DNA of 64,000 nucleotides from Candidatus Kapaibacterium sp. (GTDB lineage: Bacteria; Bacteroidota; Ignavibacteria; Kapaibacteriales; UBA2268): NCBI GenBank assembly GCA_963665665.1, contig OY762428.1, forward strand, positions 2,304,001 through 2,368,000, in the 5' to 3' direction. Below the pieces are notes generated by a model. It was not told where the DNA came from, did not search any database, and saw nothing but the letters and a program-made list of their open reading frames with translations. The translations under genes were made by a program, and so were the position numbers. Below are positions 18,853 to 29,313 of this stretch, piece by piece; position 1 is the stretch's first letter, and every line of letters begins with the position of its first letter.

Positions 18853-21306
18853 ATGAGCAATGGTTTTTCACAAAAAAAAGCAGTGGGAAGAATGCCTGTT
18901 ATTCTTCCCGACCCGTGCAAACTTAATCTGGGCTGTGGTCTTGATATCCGAGGGGACTATATCAATATCGACTTATTTTCGGATAATCCGTTAGTTGTTT
19001 ACGGGGATGTCCGACAACTTGAACTTCAGGATAATACAGTTGATGAAATTCTTGCAAGCGATATTCTTGAGCATTTTCCGCATGCACAAACAGATGCTAT
19101 ACTTAAAGAATGGGCAAGAGTATTAAAACCGGACGGGCTTCTCGAGATTAGGTGTCCCTCGCTGAAATTGCAGGCTAAAGCATATATTCGCGGAGATTGG
19201 GATGCAGATATTGCTTCCTATATGATATTTGGCGGGCAGACAAATCCTGGCAATTTCCATTGTGTTGGGTTCGATGAAATTTCTATCCAAAAACATCTTG
19301 AAAAAGCCGGTTTCAAAATTATATCAATTCAGGAACATGATTACCCTCAGGATAAGGGTTTCATAAATCTTAATATGAGTGTTAAGGCATTAAAGATATC
19401 AAAGGATAAAGAAAATATCAGTAGTGATTCAAATGTGCTAAGCGAAAATTCGTTCGGATTGGATTTTTCAATTGATGATACTGCAAATAATATAAAACCG
19501 GATGAAAATAATAACAATTCTGATGATAAAACATTTGCCGATCTGAATATAGTCTGGGAGGGTTCTCAGTTTATATGGCATTCATTGGCTTTAATAAATC
19601 GTGAGCATTGCTTAAATATAATTGATTCAAATTCAGCACATCTAAGTATCGTACCTTATGAAAATGACCAGTTTCAGCCGGATGGCAACAAAAATTATGA
19701 GAAACTTAAATCACACGATGTCAGGTATGATAAGTCGCAGCCGATAGACAAGGCACCATTTTGCTGGATCAGGCATCAATGGCCACCAAACCCTGAAAGG
19801 CCAAAGGGTGCTAAATGGATTGTGATGCAGCCATGGGAATTCGGCGCATTGCGAAAAGACTTCAAGGATATTTTTGACCAGGTAGATGAAATCTGGACAC
19901 CGTCAACTTATAGCCGCAAAAGTTTTTTGAACAGCGGAATAGATTCTGATAAGGTTCAGGTGATACCCAATGGTATAAATCCGGCAATATTTAGTCCGGC
20001 AGGGAAGAAGTATGAATTAAAGACTAATAAAACCTTTAAGTTTCTGTTTATTGGCGGTACAACATTTCGTAAGGGAATTGATATTCTTCTTAAGGCTTAT
20101 ACTGCAAAATTTACTGCACAGGATGATGTTTGCCTGATTATTAAAGATTTGGGAAGTGATTCGTTTTATAAGGGGCAATCCGCTTCCAGCAATATTAAAA
20201 TGATTCAAAACGCTCCGGATGCTCCGGAAATAATTTATATTGATGAATATCTAAAGGAAGAAGAAATAGCATCATTGTACAGGGCATGTGATTTATTTGT
20301 AAGTCCATACAGAGGTGAAGGATTTTCTCTTCCAACACTTGAAGCGATGGCTTGCGGTTTGCCGGTGGTTGTTACGAAGGGCGGAGCCACAGATGATTTT
20401 ATTCGTGACGATTGTGCATGGATGATACCCGCTGAAAAGAGAAGTATTGGCAGCGAAATCGACGGGCTGGAACTTGCAGGCGAGGGCTACCTGCTTGAAC
20501 CTGATAAAGAAATACTTGCAGATCTTATTCGCAGCCTTTACGAGAATCCTAAGGGGCTGAAAGTTATGGGATTGATCGGTTCCTGGCAAGCCCGACATAA
20601 TTTTAACTGGAAAAAAGCTACTGTAAAGTTGCTAAACAGGCTCGATCTTCATTATGGAACTAATATGGCACAGAATGCCGAAGAAAAACTTCCTGATATT
20701 ATTGATGAATATATTCATGCAGGATATGGAGAAAAGTATTTCTCTGAAGGAAATTTTGATAAAGCGCTGGAATATTATTTATCTTCTTTAGATTTTGACA
20801 GTAAAGACGTTAATCTTAAGATTCATGTACTTTGTCGCCTTGCAGAAATATCTGCTATGGATGGTGATTTTGAGAAAGTTAAAACGATTCTTGATGAAGC
20901 CGAAAAACTTGATTCCTCTCATCCCGATACTATTTTCCTTAAGGCCCGTAACCTGGCTGACAGGGGCCTTGAAGTTGAAGCCATGGATACAGTTTCCGGG
21001 GTGTTGGACAGATGGATGGGAAAAAGGTTTGAAAGCACACTTGGCCACGGACTGGACCAGATATTATCATTTACGGCTGATTTGATCTTAAGGAATGGAG
21101 ATCCCGAAGGAGCAAAAGAGGTTTATTCAGAAGCACTGAAATATAATCCGGAAAATGAAGATGCCTGTTTTGGGTCTGCAATTTGTTTCAGGGCTATGGG
21201 AGCAGAAAAAGAAGCTATTACAATGCTGGAATGGGCGGTAAGGATCAATCCTGATTTTGAGTATGCTAAGAAAGTAATGGCTGAAATTAAGGGCGAAACA
21301 GAATAA
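18853..21306 (+). CDS. Fusion of class I SAM methyltransferase, GT4 glycosyltransferase and TPR repeats
   Basis: LNLGCG...DILEHF...WARVLKPDG (methyltransferase); RKGIDILL and PYRGEGFSLPTLEAMACGLPVV (GT4); C-terminal TPRs. Confidence 0.9.
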   Translation: MSNGFSQKKAVGRMPVILPDPCKLNLGCGLDIRGDYINIDLFSDNPLVVYGDVRQLELQDNTVDEILASDILEHFPHAQTDAILKEWARVLKPDGLLEIRCPSLKLQAKAYIRGDWDADIASYMIFGGQTNPGNFHCVGFDEISIQKHLEKAGFKIISIQEHDYPQDKGFINLNMSVKALKISKDKENISSDSNVLSENSFGLDFSIDDTANNIKPDENNNNSDDKTFADLNIVWEGSQFIWHSLALINREHCLNIIDSNSAHLSIVPYENDQFQPDGNKNYEKLKSHDVRYDKSQPIDKAPFCWIRHQWPPNPERPKGAKWIVMQPWEFGALRKDFKDIFDQVDEIWTPSTYSRKSFLNSGIDSDKVQVIPNGINPAIFSPAGKKYELKTNKTFKFLFIGGTTFRKGIDILLKAYTAKFTAQDDVCLIIKDLGSDSFYKGQSASSNIKMIQNAPDAPEIIYIDEYLKEEEIASLYRACDLFVSPYRGEGFSLPTLEAMACGLPVVVTKGGATDDFIRDDCAWMIPAEKRSIGSEIDGLELAGEGYLLEPDKEILADLIRSLYENPKGLKVMGLIGSWQARHNFNWKKATVKLLNRLDLHYGTNMAQNAEEKLPDIIDEYIHAGYGEKYFSEGNFDKALEYYLSSLDFDSKDVNLKIHVLCRLAEISAMDGDFEKVKTILDEAEKLDSSHPDTIFLKARNLADRGLEVEAMDTVSGVLDRWMGKRFESTLGHGLDQILSFTADLILRNGDPEGAKEVYSEALKYNPENEDACFGSAICFRAMGAEKEAITMLEWAVRINPDFEYAKKVMAEIKGETE

Positions 21307-21333
21307 AAAGATTAACTTAACAACAAACAAATT

Positions 21334-21365
21334 AGTCCGGACAATTATTGTTCGGGCTTTTTTTA
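21334..21365 (+). terminator. Intrinsic terminator
   Basis: agtccggacaa/ttgttcgggct hairpin followed by a T run. Confidence 0.7.
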
Positions 21366-21670
21366 TGCTACAAATATTTTTAAAGCGTTGAGATAACATA
21401 ATTTCCGGCATAGATAATTCTAAGCGAAGCGGTTGGAAAATACAAGAGTGCCTGATGAGTTATCTGTTAGTAAATTATTCTTCATGGACGTAAAAGATGC
21501 TCGGCTGATAGGCAATAGTATGAAATGAATAGTGATATCTGCGTTTTGTAACCAATAATTTGTTAGTGTGTAATTTTAGAAACGGGATTAGATGAATATA
21601 TCAGAGAGCTAAGCTGAAATAATAAATCCTAAGGGATGGTTTGATTAAAATTTATCTGAAAGGAGATACT

Positions 21671-22495
21671 ATGAATTATTTAAAACACACTATTTTAATA
21701 TTATGCTGCTTAATATTTTGCGGGAATAGCCTGTATTCACAAATTAAGCTATATCCTCTTGAAAAAATTACTCCGGCCGAAGCAGGAACTGATGCTGCAA
21801 ACCTGTATTGGACAGAAGACGGTAATGAAACCTCGATGTTCGAAAAAGCCGGGGACAGGACAATTGTTCTGAGTTTCTGGGGAACCTGGTGTGGATTTTG
21901 TGTTCGCCACACTCCTGATCTGGAAAAGGCCTATCAGAATTTACCAAAGGAAAAGTATTATTTTATTAATGCTGTTGGCGAATATACCAAAGAAAGTGAA
22001 TCCGCACTCAGAACTGCCATTGAAACGAATAATGTTACTTTTGATAATGTGTGGTACACTTTTGATGATGAAGATTCAATGCAGGCACATGCATTTTATG
22101 GAGTTTCAGAATTTATCACAACCCTGGTAATAACTACAGACAGAAAAGTCAGGTTCGACATAAAGGATGTTCTTTATAAAGGCTTGATTGACAGCCTTGA
22201 TCAGATAACAAGTGTTGAAATTTCTGATGATGGTGATAAAGCAATGGTTGCTGCATATCCGAATCCATTTTCTGACATTCTGGTATTCAAATATAATGCG
22301 GGAAATGATGATGAAGCAATAATTGAATTGTTTGATCAGCTTGGGAATGTTGTTTCCACAAACCGTGAGAATGTATCATCTGGGAAAGAAAATACAAGTA
22401 TAATCGAAACAACAGGATTAAACAGCGGTATATATTATTACAGAATTAACACAGGAAAAGAATTCTACTCGGGCAGAGTAATTCTTTCAAGATAA
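21671..22495 (+). CDS. TlpA-like thioredoxin-fold protein with T9SS C-terminal domain
   Basis: SD AGGAG before ATG 21671, signal peptide, FWGTWCGFC, CTD YPNPF...LNSGIYYYRI. Confidence 0.85.
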   Translation: MNYLKHTILILCCLIFCGNSLYSQIKLYPLEKITPAEAGTDAANLYWTEDGNETSMFEKAGDRTIVLSFWGTWCGFCVRHTPDLEKAYQNLPKEKYYFINAVGEYTKESESALRTAIETNNVTFDNVWYTFDDEDSMQAHAFYGVSEFITTLVITTDRKVRFDIKDVLYKGLIDSLDQITSVEISDDGDKAMVAAYPNPFSDILVFKYNAGNDDEAIIELFDQLGNVVSTNRENVSSGKENTSIIETTGLNSGIYYYRINTGKEFYSGRVILSR

Positions 22496-22554
22496 TTTTT
22501 TATATTGAAAAGTTTTTGAATTATTATATTTGCAAACAGAATAGTTTGCATAAA

Positions 22555-22579
22555 AAAAGGCGCTGTACAAGCGCCTTTT
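22555..22579. terminator. Bidirectional terminator between convergent genes
   Basis: aaaaggcgct-gtaca-agcgcctttt. Confidence 0.7.
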
Positions 22580-22601
22580 GCAATTTTAATTAATTGTTCC
22601 T

Positions 22602-24047
22602 TTATTGAGGAACAATAAGGCCGTTTGTAATAGTAATTGTTTTTGTACTATCCATGCTTCCACGGCCATTCATTTCAAAAGATATTTCAATATCTGAATT
22701 AGTAATAGAGCCTGAGTAGGCTTCATAGCCTTCGGTAACGTCAGCTTCGATAATATTTCCTTCGTAGAAAATTATTCCGGCTTCGTCGGGGATGCTATAA
22801 GTTCTGTTTTCGAGTTCTTCAATAAATACGATAAGCATTGAATAGACTTTACCACCCTGCTCAATATAAGCCCATATACTGCTGCGTTCGTTTACTTCTT
22901 CATAACTAAGCTCAGTTGTTTGAAAATCAAAGTTCAAAGCGCCGCTTATAGTGCCTGTAAGTTTGGCTTTGTCTCCTTTTTTCAGCTTAAGATCCTCTAC
23001 CTTCACAGTTTGTCCTTTCAGTGGTGTTTCCACTTCAGTGAATTCACTGGAACGTATTCCGTTAAAAGCCCTTACCCTGACGGTTGAATAACTTTTAACG
23101 GGAATTTTGTAGTAGCCGTTATTATCTGTATATTCATAAGATACCCCGATATAGTTAACACCTTCGGCCCACACATAGCAGTCCCTGGCAACAGAGCCGT
23201 TATAGTCATATATCTGTCCTTCAATCCAGGCACGGTCCCATTTATACGCGGAGCACCAGTAGCTGAAGTGGCTGATTTCGCCAACGTAGCGATAACCTTC
23301 TTTTGTTGCCTGGCCTTCCTGAATCCATAGGCCTTTTTCAAAATTGTAATACCATAGCGGAATTGTGGCAGGTGCATCGGAAAATTGCTCTTCCGGAATT
23401 TTCATGCTGACAGTTACTTTTTTTCCATCAGCAAGGTCTAACTCGTTATAGCCATGATAAGCTTTTATTTCAATACATTCAATAGTCGAGATATCAACTT
23501 CATTTCCGTTATTATCAAGGCCTAAAAATTTGCCGGGAAAATAATCTTTAAGTACATTATTATCCGAACCCAGTTTTGTCATCAGTATTCTGATTTCTCC
23601 TTCTGCTGGCGCACCATTACTGAAAACAAAGGCATCTTCAGGAATGGTCAGGCTTACATCCTCTTCGTTGATAGTGGTTTTAGATGTCCCTATCCTGTGC
23701 TCAGAGCCAATTGGGCGGAGCATCAGGTTGACGGTAACAGTATCATTTTCAATTATATCAGTAATTTCAGAGTTCTCGCAATAATTCATGGACCTGGCTG
23801 AAACACTTGTATAATCAGTTACGGGAATGTTGCATAAAATATATTCACCCCTGGACAAAGTGCGGACAGATTTTCCGTTAGATTCAATTTCAATTCCTGA
23901 TAGCAGATTGCCATTATTATCAGTTACTATTCCACGAACACAGCCCTTAGGGTTGTTATTATCAGGATTAGTTGTTTCCTCTTCGCATGATGCAAAGAAA
24001 ATCAAAAATAATAAGGGAATTATAAAGTGTAGAGTTTTTATTTTCAT
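22602..24047 (-). CDS. Lipoprotein with carboxypeptidase-regulatory-like and ZU5/FAM171-like domains
   Basis: Lipobox FFASC; GIVTDNNG-type beta modules; LWYYNFEKGLWIQEG...ISHFSYW. Confidence 0.6.
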   Translation of the reverse strand: MKIKTLHFIIPLLFLIFFASCEEETTNPDNNNPKGCVRGIVTDNNGNLLSGIEIESNGKSVRTLSRGEYILCNIPVTDYTSVSARSMNYCENSEITDIIENDTVTVNLMLRPIGSEHRIGTSKTTINEEDVSLTIPEDAFVFSNGAPAEGEIRILMTKLGSDNNVLKDYFPGKFLGLDNNGNEVDISTIECIEIKAYHGYNELDLADGKKVTVSMKIPEEQFSDAPATIPLWYYNFEKGLWIQEGQATKEGYRYVGEISHFSYWCSAYKWDRAWIEGQIYDYNGSVARDCYVWAEGVNYIGVSYEYTDNNGYYKIPVKSYSTVRVRAFNGIRSSEFTEVETPLKGQTVKVEDLKLKKGDKAKLTGTISGALNFDFQTTELSYEEVNERSSIWAYIEQGGKVYSMLIVFIEELENRTYSIPDEAGIIFYEGNIIEADVTEGYEAYSGSITNSDIEISFEMNGRGSMDSTKTITITNGLIVPQ

Positions 24048-24202
24048 TTGTTCTCCGAATCAATAAACGGTTACTAATTTTAATAATATAGTAAAATAAA
24101 TTAAATTTTTATCATATTTTTAGAAATATCTTGGAACTGAAACATTAAAAGCCATATATTCGTTATAATTTAAAAAGTTTATTACATAATTAGGAGATAA
24201 AT

Positions 24203-26137
24203 ATGCCTGAAAATTCACAGACTCCTTCCCAAATGCCTTATCCACAGTACTATCCACCCCAAAAGAAAACCAATTGGTGGATTCCGGTATTGATCATTGG
24301 CCTTGTATTTGTGCTTATTATTACTTTTTTTGTTGCAATTTTTAGCGCTCTCAGCTCGCCCTTCGATAAAGAACCGGTTTACGTGCGCGATAATTCTGTT
24401 CTTTATCTCGATTTGCGGGGTAATATCCAGGAATACAGCAAATCCAATCCATTTGCAGAGATTTTCGGAGCCGGTCAAATATCTTATGCAGATATTCTTC
24501 ACGCGGTTAAAACAGCAAAATATGACGACAAAATTGATGGCATCTATATCAGGGGTGGCGTTAGCGGAATGGGTATGGCCAAAGCTGCCGAACTACAGCA
24601 GGAAATTCTTGATTTCAAGGAATCAGGAAAATTTGTTTATGCGTTCATGGAAATTGGTTCCGAAGGAGATTATTTCAATGCCCTTCCGGCAGATTCAATT
24701 TTTATGCCGGCAGAGGGGATTTTGGAAATGAATGGTTATGGTGCTTCGGTAATGTTCATGAAAGGGCTTTTTGACAAAATCGGTATTGATTTCCATGTTG
24801 AGCATTTCGAGGATTTTAAATCTGCCGGAGAAACATATAACCGCAAGAGCTTCAGCGATTCGGCTCGCTATCAGTTACAGGTTATGCTTCAGCAAAGGCA
24901 GGAGCAATACAATAATGCAGTTGCAAAATTTCGCGATCTGCCTATTGAAAAAGTCCATGAAGTTATTGCCGAGGGTACATACACAGCCGAGAAACTACAT
25001 GAATATGGATTTATTGATGCCCTGCTGACTGAATCCGATGTTAAATCCTTTATCAAAGATAAAATATTTGGTGATGACAATAACGATAGCAGAAATAAAC
25101 TTAAAATGCTAACTGCTGATAAATATATTCAGAGTGATTTACCAATTCACGGTACTATTGCTGATAAAGATAAACGTATTGCTATCATTTACGGCTCCGG
25201 TGTGATTCAGGATATGGCTCCTGATTCTCCATTCGATGATGAATTGAAAATTACAACAAAGAAATTTGTCAGCTACCTGAGAAAAGCCAGGGAAGACGAT
25301 GATGTGAAAGCTATTATTCTTAGAATTGACAGCCCCGGAGGTTCTGTTATAGCTTCCGATGCCATCTGGCAGGAAGTGATGCTCACAAAAAAAGTTAAGC
25401 CTGTGTATGCCTCAATGAGCGATGTTGCTGCTTCTGGCGGATATTATATACCTATGGCTTGCGATACTATCATTGCACACCCTTCAACTATTACAGGATC
25501 GATTGGGGTAGTGGCTACTATTCCGAATATGGCAGGCCTTATGGATAAACTGGGGCTTACTGTTGATACGGTTTCATCATCCCCTAATGCCCAGTTCCTA
25601 AACCCGATGCTTCCGTTCAGGAATGCTGATATGGTTAAATTTCACAAAATGTCAGAAAAAATTTACAAACGTTTCCTGACAAAAGTATCCGAAAGTCGCG
25701 GTATGACTTATGATGAAGTAAGGGCTATTGCACGTGGCCGTGTGTGGACGGGTAAGGATGCCAAGCGAATAGGGCTTGTTGACGTTCTTGGTGGTTTCGA
25801 TGAAGCGCTGAAGATAGCCAAACGCAGAATTGGCGTACCCGACACCATGAAGGTATTCGTTCAGACATATCCCGGAAAAGGTGATGAAATTGAAGAGCTC
25901 CTGAAAATGTTCGGCCTTAATACCGGATCGGACGAGGACGTGCAAACGGGTAATTTTGATGCTAAAACCGAACTTGCACGCCTTATGGGCGTAGAGCCGG
26001 ATATGGTATTATCAACTCTGAATTCACTTCCGCCGTCTGCAAGAAAGCAATTAATATATGCATATCAGATATTGCAGCTTTCCGGCAAGGAAAAGGTTAT
26101 GGCTGCAATGCCATATTATCCTTCCATAGATAACTGA
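24203..26137 (+). CDS. sppA: Signal peptide peptidase SppA (long form)
   Basis: Tandem S49 domains: FKSAGE, LRIDSPGGS, AASGGYY, TITGSIGV, GRVWTG. Confidence 0.95.
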   Translation: MPENSQTPSQMPYPQYYPPQKKTNWWIPVLIIGLVFVLIITFFVAIFSALSSPFDKEPVYVRDNSVLYLDLRGNIQEYSKSNPFAEIFGAGQISYADILHAVKTAKYDDKIDGIYIRGGVSGMGMAKAAELQQEILDFKESGKFVYAFMEIGSEGDYFNALPADSIFMPAEGILEMNGYGASVMFMKGLFDKIGIDFHVEHFEDFKSAGETYNRKSFSDSARYQLQVMLQQRQEQYNNAVAKFRDLPIEKVHEVIAEGTYTAEKLHEYGFIDALLTESDVKSFIKDKIFGDDNNDSRNKLKMLTADKYIQSDLPIHGTIADKDKRIAIIYGSGVIQDMAPDSPFDDELKITTKKFVSYLRKAREDDDVKAIILRIDSPGGSVIASDAIWQEVMLTKKVKPVYASMSDVAASGGYYIPMACDTIIAHPSTITGSIGVVATIPNMAGLMDKLGLTVDTVSSSPNAQFLNPMLPFRNADMVKFHKMSEKIYKRFLTKVSESRGMTYDEVRAIARGRVWTGKDAKRIGLVDVLGGFDEALKIAKRRIGVPDTMKVFVQTYPGKGDEIEELLKMFGLNTGSDEDVQTGNFDAKTELARLMGVEPDMVLSTLNSLPPSARKQLIYAYQILQLSGKEKVMAAMPYYPSIDN

Positions 26138-26156
26138 TAATATCATAATATTATTT

Positions 26157-26190
26157 ATGCCCGGTATTTTATTCAATATCGGGCATTTTT
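26157..26190 (+). terminator. Intrinsic terminator after sppA
   Basis: atgcccggtatt...aatatcgggcat followed by a T run. Confidence 0.6.
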
Positions 26191-26272
26191 GATTTTTGCC
26201 AGTAGCCGAAATTAAATTATTATAATACTTGCGGATTTCATATATTGATTTTATTTGATTTTTCGGATTGTA

Positions 26273-27331
26273 ATGAAAAGAAGAAGTTTTATCGGACTTG
26301 CCGCTTCCGGGGCAGTTCTTAGCGGGTTTGGCCTTCCCCTGAAAATGAAGGCGAATGATGAAATATCCGATATTGAAATGATTCATCCGGCTGTTTTAAA
26401 GCCCGGTGATGAAGTGGGTATAATCGCTCCGGGAACAGCTGTGTCCGATCCCGATGATATTGCAAAGGCTGTTGAGATTTGCAACCATTATGAACTTAAC
26501 CCCGTTTTTGGCGATAATGTTATTAACGGAAGCGGATACAAGACAAGAAGTGTTGAGGAAAGAGTCGACGACCTGCATGAAATGTTTGATGACAATGATA
26601 TAAAAGCAGTTTTTTGCATACGTGGCGGGTATGGTTCAGCTCAGATGCTGCCATATATTGATTACGAGTTGATCAGGGACAATCCGAAAATTTTTATTGG
26701 ATACAGCGATATTACTGCAATGCATTCCGCCATTAATAAATATTCCGGCCTTGTTACATTTCATGGCCCGGTTATGCTTTCATCTTTTACAGGCTTTACA
26801 GCAGCGAATTTTGAAAAAGCCCTGTTTTCGTCCGAGCCATTAGGGACTCTGACAAATCCTGATGCACAATCCGGAATAAGGGATTTATATCCCCTGAGAA
26901 GTGTGAATTCAGGCAGAGCTGAAGGAATGCTTACCGGAGGGAACCTTTCACTTGTTTCTTCGCTTATGGGGACTCCTTATGAAATTGAAACCGATGGCAG
27001 GATCGTTCTCCTTGAAGATGTAGGCGAACAGCCCTACAGAATAGACAGAATGCTGACCCAACTGAACCTGGCAGGTAAACTTGAAAATGCAGCAGGCATA
27101 GTATTTGGCAAATGCAGTGGCTGCGGCCCCGACGGCTCGCAGTCCACTTGGGACCCAACGCTGGGCGAAGTACTTGACTATCAGCTTGGCGGGCTGAACT
27201 GTCCTGTGTTCTCGGGCCTTCTTTTTGGCCATACTTCCGATCAGCTTACTATTCCACTGGGAATACCTGCTGTTATGGATGCTGATAAAGGCACTCTGAT
27301 TATTGATAAACCGGCCTGCAAGCCGAGGTAA
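26273..27331 (+). CDS. LD-carboxypeptidase (peptidase S66) with Tat signal
   Basis: KRRSFI Tat motif; RGGYG, GYSDIT, GGNLS, LEDVGE, FGH catalytic motifs. Confidence 0.92.
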   Translation: MKRRSFIGLAASGAVLSGFGLPLKMKANDEISDIEMIHPAVLKPGDEVGIIAPGTAVSDPDDIAKAVEICNHYELNPVFGDNVINGSGYKTRSVEERVDDLHEMFDDNDIKAVFCIRGGYGSAQMLPYIDYELIRDNPKIFIGYSDITAMHSAINKYSGLVTFHGPVMLSSFTGFTAANFEKALFSSEPLGTLTNPDAQSGIRDLYPLRSVNSGRAEGMLTGGNLSLVSSLMGTPYEIETDGRIVLLEDVGEQPYRIDRMLTQLNLAGKLENAAGIVFGKCSGCGPDGSQSTWDPTLGEVLDYQLGGLNCPVFSGLLFGHTSDQLTIPLGIPAVMDADKGTLIIDKPACKPR

Positions 27332-27436
27332 ACCGGTAATATTTGTTCGCTCCGAAAAAACGGAGCGAGGTTGAAGAGTTATTACACTGTAGCTTGATGC
27401 GAAAACGAACCGTTCAACCCGAAAAATAATAATTAA

Positions 27437-29152
27437 TTAATCCCACACTGATGCACGGCAAAAAGCGCATTTCGTTTCATGATCACAGTGGGTGTTATCC
27501 GTTCTTAGCGGGCATGTGCCGGTTTTTTCGCGGCGAACAGCATCGCTGAAAAGCTTAAGCCCTGTAGATATTTCGCCCCGTGGTACAATTACTTCAATCA
27601 GTACCGGCATATTATCTATATTTCTGGTTTTTTCAAGTACATTTGCCAATTCTTCAGGTGTGCTGGCTTTAAAGGATTTACCGCCGCCTGTTAATTCGGT
27701 TATTTTTGTGTAGTCCCATTGTCCGAGAGTATTAAATTCGCCTTCCTGGAAAACACGCTGCATACCGTAGCCGTCATTATTAAATACAATAATTACCGGA
27801 TTCAGATTATGCTTTACCATTGTGGAAAATTCCATACCCGTCATCTGGAAAGCACCGTCGCCGACAAGAACTACCGGCCTTGTTTCCGGGTCGGCAAGCT
27901 GAACTCCTACTGCTGCCGGAACGGCAAAACCCATTGTATTATAGAAAAGAGGCGCGAAATAACCATTTTTCCGCCGGGTATTCATAAATATCGACCCGTA
28001 GCAGGAATCACCTGTATCAGCCACAATTGTATTCTTATCGGTAATAAAGTCATTTATTATGGCAAGATGTTTATCCATAATACGGCCAGAAGCATGATAG
28101 TCAAACTTTGATTCCGGAAATTTTTCAATTTTCCCTGCTGCTATTCTGTCTGCATTTTCGGAAAGGGCTTTTATAAATATATCGAACGGGATATTGCCTT
28201 CAAATTTAATAAAACCGTCACCGATATGATTTTCATTGGCAATCAGCAGGTTTTCCTTTTTCAGGTCGGCGGTAAAAGCCCCGCAATTCACATCAGTTAC
28301 TTTTGTTCCAAGCATAAACACGAGATCGGAATTTTCAACGAATTTGCGTAATTTTTTATTAGGGCTTAGAATTCCGGCATATACCCCAAGATAATTTTCT
28401 TTTTCCTCTGAAAGAACACCTTTGCCAAGAGCTGTAAATACTACCGGCAGATTCAGTTGTTCAGAAATGTATTCTACTTCTTTTTGCAGTCCGTATCTGC
28501 CTGCCTCGGCGCCAACCTGAAGAACAGGATTGGAAGCCCGGCTTATTTTATCTATGAAAAATTCAAGTGCTGAATTCAATAAATCATTATCAATTTCAGG
28601 TTTTTCTTTGCTGACAGGATTAACCGGGATATCTGCCTGCATCAGGTCAATGGGAATTTCAAGATATACCGGCAGTCGTTTTTCTTCAGTATGGTATATA
28701 GCCTTTTGAATTGTCTCGGAAGCAGTTTCAGCCGATTCTACTTTCAGGCATATATCTGTTATTGGCCTGAAGGCATCAATCTGGCTGTCCATATTTTTAA
28801 CAACATGGTGGAATTGAGGGTTATACAGGCTGCCTCCGTCGGTTGCTCCTGTGGGCGGTGCCCCGCTGATTACCAAAAGGGGGGAAGACTCTGCATAAGC
28901 GCATGCAACTCCGTTCATAATGTTCAAAGCGCCAACACCATAAGTAACTAATACAACCCCGAAACCATTTATCCGGGCAAAAGCATCCGCGCTAAAAACT
29001 GCACAGGGCTCGTGTGTGCCAACAATGGCTTCCAGGCCCTGAATTTTATCAAGAGTTTTATATAATGGTAAAATGTAATCTCCCGGAACGCCGAAGCATT
29101 GTTTGGTTCCTCTGTCCCTGATTGTTGAAAACAGAAATTCAGCAAGTTTCAT
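27437..29152 (-). CDS. ipdC: ThDP-dependent alpha-keto acid decarboxylase (indolepyruvate/phenylpyruvate decarboxylase family)
   Basis: FGVPGDY, HE, AYAESSP, FHH, GDGAFQMTG...NNDGY; extra Cys-rich C-terminal tail. Confidence 0.82.
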   Translation of the reverse strand: MKLAEFLFSTIRDRGTKQCFGVPGDYILPLYKTLDKIQGLEAIVGTHEPCAVFSADAFARINGFGVVLVTYGVGALNIMNGVACAYAESSPLLVISGAPPTGATDGGSLYNPQFHHVVKNMDSQIDAFRPITDICLKVESAETASETIQKAIYHTEEKRLPVYLEIPIDLMQADIPVNPVSKEKPEIDNDLLNSALEFFIDKISRASNPVLQVGAEAGRYGLQKEVEYISEQLNLPVVFTALGKGVLSEEKENYLGVYAGILSPNKKLRKFVENSDLVFMLGTKVTDVNCGAFTADLKKENLLIANENHIGDGFIKFEGNIPFDIFIKALSENADRIAAGKIEKFPESKFDYHASGRIMDKHLAIINDFITDKNTIVADTGDSCYGSIFMNTRRKNGYFAPLFYNTMGFAVPAAVGVQLADPETRPVVLVGDGAFQMTGMEFSTMVKHNLNPVIIVFNNDGYGMQRVFQEGEFNTLGQWDYTKITELTGGGKSFKASTPEELANVLEKTRNIDNMPVLIEVIVPRGEISTGLKLFSDAVRREKTGTCPLRTDNTHCDHETKCAFCRASVWD

Positions 29153-29313
29153 TATTTATCCTTTAATCTGATATTATCTTTTTGCTTGATTTACGGATTG
29201 CAGTGCTTTTTATTGATTGCATCTTAGCTGTTTGCTGAATTTGCATTGTACCTGCAATTCTATGAAAGCAATAATCAGGTATAAAGTTAGTCTTTACTAA
29301 AAAGTGATAATGA

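Noticed and set aside
21440-21530. Hammerhead ribozyme suggested by CTGATGAG
   Set aside because: No stem II closing onto GAAA and no compatible cleavage triplet.
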